DNA of 29,143 bases, from contig CDRNVI010000108.1 in NCBI GenBank assembly GCA_977017575.1, forward strand, positions 1 through 29,143, written 5' to 3'. The DNA comes from Paramoeba atlantica (Eukaryota > Protista > Discosea). Of this stretch, positions 12,707 to 23,167 are shown piece by piece (the first letter of the stretch is position 1; every line of letters starts with the position of its first letter). The notes beneath the pieces were generated by a model that saw nothing but the letters and a program-made list of their open reading frames with translations, ran no database searches and was not told the DNA's origin. The translations under genes and the position numbers were made by a program.

Positions 12707-14206
12707 ATGGACGCTAATAATCAGCAAAATAATATTTATTTTGGAATTGTAATTAAAGTTAAGGATGGTATTGCAACAATTAAAGGATTAGAAAACGCTA
12801 AAGCAGGAGAAGTTTTAGAATTTTCTAGTGGTGCTAAAGGATTAGCATTAAACTTAGCTGAAAATGAAATTAGTTCTGTTATTTTTGGTAATGAACAATT
12901 AATTAAACAAGGGGTTCGAGTCAAAAATACAGGTAAATTAATGACTATTAATATTTCTTCTAAATTATTAGGTAGAGTTATTAATGCTATAGGTGAGCCT
13001 ATAGATAATGATACAGCTATTGCTGCAACAGAAGTTAAAAATGTTGAGCAAAAAGCAGTAGGTATTATCGCTAGACAATCTGTTCATGAACCTATGTTAA
13101 CAGGTATGAAATCTATAGATTCTTTAATTCCTATAGGTCGTGGTCAACGTGAATTAATTATTGGTGATAGACAAACAGGTAAAACTTCTATAGCTGTCGA
13201 TACTATTATTAATCAATTAAATTATAATAATAATGTTGATTTTAAAAATGTTAATTTATATTGTGTTTATGTAGCTATTGGTCAAAAAAAATCAACAGCT
13301 GCTAGAATATTTAGTACTTTACAATCATTTCAATCAGCGCAATATACAGTTATTGTAAGTGCATTTGCTTCTGAATCTGCATCATTACAATATTTAGCAC
13401 CTTATGTAGGTACTTCTATAAGTGAGTATTTTAGAGATAATAAAAAACATTGTGTCATTATATATGATGATTTAACTAAACATGCTGCCGCTTATAGACA
13501 AATGTCTTTATTATTAAGAAGACCACCAGGTAGAGAAGCTTATCCAGGAGATGTTTTTTATTTACATTCTAGATTATTAGAAAGATCTTCTAAATTATCT
13601 ACTAAATTAGGTTCAGGTTCAATAACCGGTTTACCTGTTATTGAAACATTAGAAGGAGATGTTTCGGCTTATATTCCAACTAATGTTATATCTATTACAG
13701 ATGGTCAAATATTTTTAGATACTGAACAATTTTATTCAGGTATAAGACCAGCAGTAAGTGTTGGTTTATCGGTTAGTAGAGTTGGTGGAGCTGCACAACC
13801 TAAATTAATGAAATCATTAGCAGGTTCTTTAAAGGTTGGTTTAGCCCAATTTAGAGAAGTTGAAAGTTTTGCTAGTTTAGGTTGTGATATAGATCCTGTT
13901 ACTCAACAATTATTAGATCGTGGTTATAGATTAACTGAATTATTTGTACAAAGTAGATTTAATAATTATTCATTAGATTTATCTTTATTATCAGTTTTTG
14001 CAGGTTCTAAAGGTTTTTTTGATAAATTAGCTATAAATAAAATAAATGGTGTATTTGAAGAAATGGTTTTAGAAAGTAAAAAATTATTTTGATTACCTTT
14101 TTTTCAATTTTTAAATGATGTAATTCATCCTGATAAAGTTGGTCTAAATTATAACTTTTTAGAAAGTTTTTTAGGCTCTTATAATAAATGATGTATTAAT
14201 ATTTAA
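12707..14206 (+). CDS. atp1: ATP synthase F1 alpha subunit (499 aa)
   Basis: [17 protein letters not shown] (Walker A), [25 protein letters not shown] and [18 protein letters not shown]. Reads through TGA at 14090 to TAA at 14204-14206. Confidence 0.97.
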
Positions 14207-14211
14207 AAAAA

Positions 14212-15231
14212 ATGATTAATTTTGTAAATAATATAATTTTTTCAAATTTAGAGGCAGATTATGCTTTACCTGGACAATTAGGTTTTCAATACCCAGCTAA
14301 TACTATAGCTCGAGGAATTATTGATTTGCATAATCATATTATGTTTTTTTTAGTTTTTATTGTTGTATTTACTTTTGCTATGATTTATTTCACTTTAAGT
14401 ACATTTACAATAAATAATAATAGTAATTTAGAGATTTTTAATAAAGTAAAAAATTTTTATAATGTAAGAATTTCGCATAATACATTATTAGAAACTCTTT
14501 GAATTATAATACCAAGTTTAATATTAATATCTATAGCAATACCGTCTTTTGCTTTATTATATGCTATGGAAATATCTGGTGTAAGTCTGTTAACAATGAA
14601 AGTTACAGGACATCAGTGATATTGATCTTATTCTTTTGTATTTAGTTTAGATAATCCTCAAATTGTATATGATATTGCGAGTAATACAAATATAGAGTTA
14701 GGAGGTTCTTTTTCAAATAATATAGCTGAATTTAGTTTCGATAGTTATATGGTACCTACTAATGAATTATCAGATAAAGGTTTACGTTTATTAGAAACTA
14801 CAAATCCAGTAGTATTGCCTGTAGATACTTTTATAAAAGTATATGTAACAGCTAGTGATGTATTACATTGTTGAGCTGTCCCTTCATTAGGTATAAAAAT
14901 AGATGCTTGTCCTGGTAGGTTAAATCAGGTAAATTTATTTATAGATAGAATTGGTCATTTTTATGGTCAATGTAGTGAATTATGTGGTGTAAATCATGGT
15001 TTTATGCCTATTGAAATATATAGTATAACTAAATTAGATTATATTACATATTTATGTTTAGCTTGTGAAGATTTTAGAAATAATTCGTTTAATCAACTAA
15101 TAAATTATTATCATTATTTTTATGAAGATGGAAGTAATGCTATTGTTTTTACTAGAGGTTTCTATGATTGATGACAAGATCAACTTAATTTATCAATAAA
15201 AGAATTTTTAAATAAAGAAAATAGTATATAA
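14212..15231 (+). CDS. cox2: Cytochrome c oxidase subunit 2 (339 aa, with leader and long C-terminal extension)
   Basis: QLGFQ, GHQWYWSY, DVLHCWAVPSLG and CuA motif [14 protein letters not shown]; TAA at 15229-15231. Confidence 0.97.
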
Positions 15232-15234
15232 AAT

Positions 15235-16104
15235 ATGATTAATAAATTTAAACATTTTCATTTTTGACATATTGTAACAATTAGTCCATGACCTTTATTA
15301 TTATCTATGTTTGCATTATCAATGCCAGTAGGTTTAGTAACTTTTTTTCAAGGATTTTATTATGGTGTACCTGTATTTTTTATAGGTTTAATTATGGTAA
15401 TATTTATTATATGTTTATGATTTAGAGATATAGTAATTGAAGCAAGTTATGAAGGTCATCATACTAAACAAGTTCAATCAAGCTTAATTATAAGCTTTTT
15501 ACTTTTTATTTTTTCAGAAGTAATGCTTTTTGTAGCTTTTTTCTGAGCTTTTTTTCATTCAAGTATTTTTCCTACAGTAGAATTAAATTGTAGTTGACCT
15601 CCCGTAGGAATGAGTGAAATAATTATGGATCCTTTTGGTATTCCTTTATTAAATACTTTATTATTATTAACATCAGGTGCTACTTTAACTTTAGCACATT
15701 TATATTTAAAACAAGGATATATGGATAAATGTTTATTAACTATGGTTGTTACAATTGTATTTGCTGTATTATTTTTATCTTTTCAGTTTTATGAATATAG
15801 TGTTTCTGCTTTTGATATTTCAGATGGTGTTTATGGTTCAACTTTTTTTTGTTGTACTGGTTTACATGGTTTTCACGTTATTGTTGGTACTATAGCTTTA
15901 AGTATGACTACTTATCGTATATATTTATCACATTTTTCACGTAATCACCATTTAGGTTTTGAATTTGCAGCTTGATATTGACATTTTGTTGATGTAGTAT
16001 GATTATTTTTATATATGATTATATATTGTTGAGGTAGTGATATGGTAGCTCCTCTTATATTAGAATTAAAAGATGGAAAAGAGAATATTTTTTATTTAGT
16101 ATAA
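15235..16104 (+). CDS. cox3: Cytochrome c oxidase subunit 3 (289 aa)
   Basis: HIVTISPWP, EGHHT, FSEVMLF..FFWAFFH, TGLHGFHV and WYWHFVDVVW motifs; TAA at 16102-16104. Confidence 0.97.
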
Positions 16105-16111
16105 ATTTACA

Positions 16112-17774
<1,663 letters not shown>

Positions 17775-17790
17775 TAATTTTACTAATATA

Positions 17791-17864
17791 ATCCCTCTGG
17801 TCTAATTGGTTAAGACATATCACTCATAATGGTACTGATATAGGTTCAAGTCCTATGGGGGATA
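17791..17864 (+). tRNA. tRNA with CAT anticodon: Ile2-type (lysidine) or elongator Met
   Basis: Cloverleaf; acceptor ATCCCTC/GGGGGAT, loop CTCATAA. C3-C4-C5 and the D-arm resemble tRNA-Ile2, and ATA codons are abundant, but identity is unresolved. Confidence 0.9.
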
Positions 17865-17865
17865 A

Positions 17866-17937
17866 ATAGTTGTAGTGTAGTGGTTAACATATTAGTCTTC
17901 AAAACTAATGACATAGGTTCAAATCCTATCAACTGTG
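17866..17937 (+). tRNA. trnW: tRNA-Trp(UCA)
   Basis: Cloverleaf with loop CTTCAAA; independently confirms TGA=Trp. Confidence 0.95.
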
Positions 17938-17969
17938 TTAATTATAGATGATATAATTAAATATAATAA

Positions 17970-18041
17970 AATAGGGTGACTGAAAGGTAAAGTATTGTTT
18001 TTTGGCAGCAAATCGTGTAGGTTCGAGTCCTACTCCTAAGT
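17970..18041 (+). tRNA. trnQ: tRNA-Gln(UUG)
   Basis: Loop TTTTGGC, T-arm GTAGG-TTCGAGT-CCTAC; acceptor pairs 1 and 2 mismatched. Confidence 0.88.
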
Positions 18042-18054
18042 ATTAAAATTTTTT

Positions 18055-18127
18055 TTAAGGATAGTATAAATGGTTATTATAATTGATTGCAAATCTATAG
18101 ATATCGGTTCGAGTCCGTTTCCTAACT
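18055..18127 (+). tRNA. trnC: tRNA-Cys(GCA)
   Basis: Loop TTGCAAA, U73 discriminator; acceptor pairs 1 and 3 mismatched. Confidence 0.88.
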
Positions 18128-18154
18128 TTTTTAAATTTAATATAAATATAATAA

Positions 18155-18227
18155 ATACCTATAGTTTAATTGGTTAAAACATGCATTTGATAAGTGCAAA
18201 TTGATAGTTCGAGTCTATCTGGGGTTA
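18155..18227 (+). tRNA. trnI: tRNA-Ile(GAU)
   Basis: Loop TTGATAA; acceptor pairs 2 and 3 mismatched. Confidence 0.92.
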
Positions 18228-18236
18228 TAAATAAAA

Positions 18237-18309
18237 AAATAGTTAGCTCAATTGGTAGAGCATCGGCCTTTTAAGCTGAGGGTTATAGGTTCGAGCCCTA
18301 TACTATCTA
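18237..18309 (+). tRNA. trnK: tRNA-Lys(UUU)
   Basis: Loop CTTTTAA; acceptor pair 2 is A:C. Confidence 0.93.
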
Positions 18310-18315
18310 TAAAAA

Positions 18316-18388
18316 TATGGAATGGTGTAATAGGTTAGCACATCGAGTTGTGATTTCGATAGTATGAGTTCAAGTCTCATTTCTTACC
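18316..18388 (+). tRNA. trnH: tRNA-His(GUG)
   Basis: Loop TTGTGAT, C73 discriminator; acceptor pairs 1-3 mismatched; G-1 not encoded. Confidence 0.92.
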
Positions 18389-18454
18389 TAAATTAAGAAT
18401 AATAAAATTAATAAAATATATATTTTATTAAAATTTTTTTATTAATTTGTAAAG

Positions 18455-18528
18455 ATAGATGTGATGGAATTGGTAGACATATTAGTTTTAGGCACTAAAT
18501 TTTAGGGGTTCGAGTCCCCTCATCTGTA
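18455..18528 (+). tRNA. trnL: tRNA-Leu(UAG), short variable loop
   Basis: Leu-type D-arm ATGGAATTGGTAGACAT, loop TTTAGGC, variable region of only 5 nt. Confidence 0.9.
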
Positions 18529-18562
18529 TTGTATGTATAAAAAAAGAAAAAATATTTTTTAT

Positions 18563-18633
18563 AAGGATGTAGTTTAAAGGTAAAATATCTATTTTGGGTG
18601 TAGACGTTATAGGTTCAAATCCTATCGTCCTGA
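18563..18633 (+). tRNA. trnP: tRNA-Pro(UGG)
   Basis: Loop TTTGGGT; acceptor pair 1 is A:G (canonical Pro is C1-G72). Confidence 0.93.
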
Positions 18634-18646
18634 TAATTATAATAAC

Positions 18647-18720
18647 AAGGAGGTAGCTTAATAGGCTAAAGCTTTAACCTGTCGAGTTAAAAGATGAGGG
18701 TTCGAATCCCTTCCTCCGCA
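18647..18720 (+). tRNA. trnD: tRNA-Asp(GUC)
   Basis: Loop CTGTCGA; acceptor pairs 1 and 2 mismatched. Confidence 0.9.
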
Positions 18721-19020
18721 TAAAATATAATAAAATATGTTTATTTTATTACTATATAATCAAGATGTTTTGTATATAAAATATAAAATATTATCTATTA
18801 TATCTATTATATCAATTTATGATAAATGTACATTTACCATATGAAATAACAGTCATAAAACATACATATTTTACTTAAAATTTTTTTAAAAAGAGAAAAA
18901 ATTATAAAATAAATAATTATAGTAATTTAAAAGATTTTATTTTTTTAATAAAATAAAAAATTAGTAAATTAATATGATTATTTATTTTAGATATATCTTA
19001 CTTTAATAATATATGATTTA

Positions 19021-19092
19021 TTTTTCTTCGTCTAATGGTTAGGACATTGCTCTTTCACAGCAGAAATAAGGGTTCAAATCCCTTAGAAATGA
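19021..19092 (+). tRNA. trnE: tRNA-Glu(UUC)
   Basis: Glu-type TCGTCTAATGGTTAGGAC D-arm, loop CTTTCAC; pair 2 is T:T and pair 1 is T-G. Confidence 0.92.
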
Positions 19093-19193
19093 AATTATTT
19101 TATCCGTATTAATTTAATTTAATAAAATTTTTTTGTAAATTTTTGAAATCTATTATACACTGATTTAAGTATATTATTTGTCACATATAATAA

Positions 19194-19245
19194 GGGGGGT
19201 TTGGGGGGTTTGTATAAGAGATAATATTTTATTTTCATATACAAA
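19194..19245 (+). promoter_or_regulatory. G6-TTT-G6 tract followed by a hairpin; candidate control or replication element
   Basis: The only long G tracts in the AT-rich mitochondrial spacers. Followed directly by TTTGTATA...TATACAAA arms with further inner pairing. Function is inferred. Confidence 0.35.
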
Positions 19246-19266
19246 AATTTTTATTAATTATTTTTT

Positions 19267-19349
19267 AATGGTGTGATGGAATTGGTAAACATGATAGACT
19301 TAAAATCTATTGCCTTTTAGGCTTGAGGGTTCGAGTCCCTCCTCCAATA
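19267..19349 (+). tRNA. trnL: tRNA-Leu(UAA)
   Basis: Loop CTTAAAA, long variable arm TGCCTTTTAGGCTT; pair 2 is A:A and pair 6 is T:T. Confidence 0.92.
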
Positions 19350-19367
19350 ACGATGAGTTAATTATTT

Positions 19368-19440
19368 TTTAAGATGGAGTAATAGGTTAACTCAGTGGTC
19401 TCATGAGCCACAGATGTAGGTTCGAGTCCTACTCTTCTTA
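19368..19440 (+). tRNA. trnM: Initiator tRNA-Met(CAU)
   Basis: GGAGT...ACTC D-stem with A11-U24 (initiator hallmark), loop CTCATGA; acceptor pairs 1-3 mismatched. Confidence 0.88.
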
Positions 19441-19539
19441 TATAATTACGTAAATATTATTATGGATTACATTTGAATATGTAATCAATTTTGAATTTTT
19501 ATTAATTAGTAAAATATATGTATAAAAATATTTTCGAAA

Positions 19540-19779
19540 ATGGCAGGACAAGAAATTATGTTAATTTTTGCAAAAAAAGTAGGTGCTGGTTTAGCTACTA
19601 TAGGTTTAGCAGGTGCTGGAGTAGGTATAGGAATAGTTTTTGGAGCTTTTTTAATTGCTTATTCACGTAATACTACAATTAAAAACGATTTATTTGGTTA
19701 TACTTTATTAGGTTTCGCATTAACAGAAGCAATTGCTCTGTTTGCCCTAATGATGGCTTTCTTAATCTTATATACTTAA
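19540..19779 (+). CDS. atp9: ATP synthase subunit c
   Basis: [21 protein letters not shown] and [12 protein letters not shown] (proton-carrying Glu) motifs. Confidence 0.97.
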   Translation: MAGQEIMLIFAKKVGAGLATIGLAGAGVGIGIVFGAFLIAYSRNTTIKNDLFGYTLLGFALTEAIALFALMMAFLILYT

Positions 19780-19806
19780 TCAACCTATTTTTGTTGTTTT
19801 GTATTT

Positions 19807-19880
19807 AATTGGTTAGTTTAATTGGTTAAAATTATGATCTTCTAAATCATTAGATATAGGTTCGAGTCCTATACCAATTA
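19807..19880 (+). tRNA. trnR: tRNA-Arg(UCU)
   Basis: Loop CTTCTAA; fully Watson-Crick acceptor AATTGGT/ACCAATT. Confidence 0.94.
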
Positions 19881-19888
19881 TAATTTTT

Positions 19889-19969
19889 TATAGTGTGGCT
19901 GAGCGGTAAAGCGGTAGACTGTAAATCTATTGTATTTATACATCGTAGGTTCGAATCCTACCACTTCCA
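19889..19969 (+). tRNA. trnY: tRNA-Tyr(GUA)
   Basis: Loop CTGTAAA, long variable arm. The 5' strand TATAGTG faces CACTTCC, so pairs 1-3 are mismatched. Confidence 0.94.
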
Positions 19970-20029
19970 TTTGATTAAAATATATAATAATGTTGAATAA
20001 TTTTTAAACAAATCATTTTAAAATTTTTT

Positions 20030-21025
20030 TATAAATTTAAAATAGTATTAAACGGATATCTTGCCAATAATAAGTTTATAGACGTTTTAAAACGTAATGT
20101 GAAAGTAAAATAATAATAATTTTTCAATATTCACGTATCTAAAGGGAAAACCCAATTAAATTAAATAATTAAAGAATATCTAATGAATTGAATCATCTTA
20201 GTAATTAGTTAAAAAAATAAAAATGATATTATTAGTAGTGGCGAGCGAAAATAAAATAGCTAAATTAAACAATAATATAAATAAAAAATATAATAATTTG
20301 GAATAATTAACAAAATAAGTAATAGTCTTGTTATTTTTTATTATTATTATTGGTTTTGAGTAAAATAAAAACTAAATTTGTTTGAAGATTAGAGTACCAT
20401 CTCTAAAGGCTAAAGAATTATTATTGAGCGATAGTGAAAAAGTACTGTGAAGGAAAGATGAAAAGAAATTTTTTAAAAATGTTGAAATAGATTTTGAAAT
20501 TTAATACTAAATAGCACTTTAAGCATAAATAATTATATGTTAAAAGGTACCTTTTGCATAATGGGTCAGTGAGTTAATTATTGTAGCAAAATAAAAAATT
20601 ATTAAATTTTTTAATTGTAATTAATATATTTATAGTTATAATAATTAGACCCGAAACCAAGTGATCTAGTCATGGGCAGATTGAAGTTAATTAAATATTA
20701 ATGGAGGATCGAACCCGTTTATGTTGCAATATATTGGGATGACCTATGATTAGGGGTGAAAGGCTAATCAAACTTGGAGATAGCTGGTTTTCTACGAAAT
20801 CTATTTAAGTAGAGATGAAATTTAAATTTATATAAGGTAGAGCTACCATATTGGGTTGTTGAATCCATATGAACTTCAAATAAATATAAAGTAAAAATTT
20901 TAATTTCGATATATGGCGAAAAGGTTGTATATCAAGAGGGAAAGAGCCCAGATTATAAATTAAGGTTTCTAAATTAATATTAAGTTAAAAAGTATATTAT
21001 AATATTAACAATGAATAGGAGGTAG

Positions 21026-21059
<34 letters not shown>

Positions 21060-22800
21060 CAGCTCACTATTGATAGATATTTATATACAAAAATATAACG
21101 AAAATAAATATTATACCGAAATTATAAAATATTATTTAAAATAATAATATTGGTAGTAGAACGTTTTATAAAAGAAAAAAAAAATTGTTAAATTATAAAA
21201 TTAAAATTGAATATACTGGCATAAGTAGCAAAAATAATGTTATAAACATTATCATCTAAAAATCTAAGGTTTCTAATGTCAAGATAAACTGCATTAGGTT
21301 AATCGGTCCCTAAAATGAATATGATAGTAATAATTGAAGGGTAGTTAAAGAGTTATAAGGATAACATAATATTTTTAACGTTATTAGTAGATGACAGTTT
21401 ATTTTTTAAATATTTTAGGATCAAATTTTAATAAATATAGTAAAACATTGTGTGATATATTCGAATATATTGATTGAAATATTTAAAAAATAAATTCAAG
21501 AAAGAATACTAATATATAAAACCGTACTAAATCCTACACAGGAGGATTAGTAGAGAATACTAAGATGAATAATTGAATAATATCGAAGGAACTCGGCAAA
21601 TTAACTCTGTAACTTCGGGAGAAAGAGTATTTTTATATATACATTATATGTATATAAAAATGTAACAGAATAGAGGATGGCGACTGTTTAACAAAAACAC
21701 AGGACTTTGCAAAATTAATTAATGATGTATAAGGTCTGACACCTGCCCGGTGCTATAAAGGTAATTGTTATTGTTAATATATTATTTAATGTATTAGCTT
21801 TATATAGAATGAATAGTAAACGGCAGCTGTAAATATAACGGTTCGAAGGTAGCGAAATTCCTTGTCGAGTAAGTTTCGACCTTGCATGAATGGTGTAACG
21901 ACTATCCTACTGTCTCCGGTATTATATTAGCGAAATTGAATTCTCTGTGCAGATGCAGCGTATTAATAGCTAGACGGAAAGACCCTATGCACCTTTACTG
22001 CAGTTATATTTTGTTATTAAAAATTAAATTTATAGGATACAAACTAATCGTTTTAAAATTTTAATATTAGTTAATTGTTTAGATAATCTTGGAATAGTTT
22101 GAATTTAATTTTTAAAATTTAATAATTTTTTATTGACAGAATATATTTGGTAGTTTCTCTGGGGCGGAGACCTCATAAAATGTAACTGAGGTGTACAAAG
22201 GTAATTAAAATTTTATTAGAAAATTTTGGCGTGTAATGGCTAAAAATTACTTAACTGTGAGATTTACAAATCAAACAGAGATCTTTTTTATTAAAAAGGT
22301 CGGTCATAGTGATCCAATATAATTGAATGGAAAATATATTGCTCAACGGATAAAAGGTACGCTAGGGATAACAGGCTTATGACTCCGGAGAGAAGATATC
22401 GACGGGGTTGTTTGGCACCTCGATGTCGATTGGTCACATCCTGGTTAAGAAAAATGTTCCAAGGGTAAGGCTGTTCGCCTTTTAAAGTGGCACCTGAATT
22501 GGGTTCAGAACGTCGTGAGACAGTTCGGTTCCTATCTACTATTAATTAATTAAAATTGAAGGAATCTTATCTTAGTACGAAAGGACTGGAGAAGGAATAT
22601 CACTGGTAAATCGGTTGTAATTATAATTGCATAGTCGAGTAGCTAAATATTAATAATATAATTATTGAATTCAATCAGATATAAGAAGATTATCCTAAAA
22701 TATTTTAAAAGTATTGATTGTAAAAGATTATTACGAAATTAAGTTATGTGTGTAAGTCCTGTGAAGGATTGAGCTAAATAATTTTAAGAATCAATCTAAT
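20030..22800 (+). rRNA. rnl: Mitochondrial large-subunit rRNA, no intron seen; ends approximate
   Basis: Conserved cores: GAAAAGTACTGTGAAGGAAAG, GACCCGAAACCAAGTGATCTA, AAGGTAGCGAAATTCCTTGTC, GACGGAAAGACCC, GGGATAACAGGCT, CACCTCGATGTCG, AGAACGTCGTGAGACAGTTCGG, sarcin-ricin loop AGTACGAAAGGAC. Confidence 0.96.
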
Positions 22801-22804
22801 TTAT

Positions 22805-22832
22805 AAAAAGAAAAAAGAAAAAAGAAAAAAAA
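22805..22832 (+). repeat. Short (A6G)n purine tract after the LSU rRNA
   Basis: AAAAAG AAAAAAG AAAAAAG AAAAAAAA. Confidence 0.6.
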
Positions 22833-22929
22833 TTTCTATATAAGAAAAAATAAAATATATAATATTTTGAAAATATTATATGTAATAAAACAACAAACTT
22901 TAAATTAAAGTTTGTAATTTGTAAAACAA

Positions 22930-23002
22930 TACTTGGTAGTTTCAATGGTAAAATAATTGGCTGTTAACCAATCAGATGTAGGTTCGAATCCTGCCCAGGT
23001 CG
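22930..23002 (+). tRNA. trnN: tRNA-Asn(GUU)
   Basis: Loop CTGTTAA, G73 discriminator; pair 1 is T:C. Confidence 0.93.
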
Positions 23003-23017
23003 TTGTATAAAAAATAA

Positions 23018-23106
23018 GTTTATGTGGCTGAGTGGTTTAAAGTAATCCTCTTGAAAAGGATCGTATAATTTTAATTATACCGTGGGTTCGAATCCCACCA
23101 TAATCT
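23018..23106 (+). tRNA. trnS: tRNA-Ser(UGA)
   Basis: Loop CTTGAAA, long variable arm; pair 2 is T:T. Confidence 0.93.
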
Positions 23107-23167
23107 TAATATAAAAAAAAAGGAAAAAATTTATGTAAATTATATAATATATAATATATTATATATA

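Noticed and set aside
12736-12924. Minus-strand 62-aa ORF
   Set aside because: Antisense shadow of atp1.
18647-18720. tRNA(GUC) lacking bacterial Asp identity elements G73 and C38, as a possible remoulded tRNA
   Set aside because: Mitochondrial AspRS systems are known to tolerate A73; the anticodon loop is canonical and there is no evidence of reassignment.
21882-22064. 60-aa ORF in the LSU rRNA as a possible intron or homing endonuclease
   Set aside because: It overlaps conserved rRNA core sequence that is collinear with bacterial 23S; no insertion and no LAGLIDADG or GIY-YIG motif.
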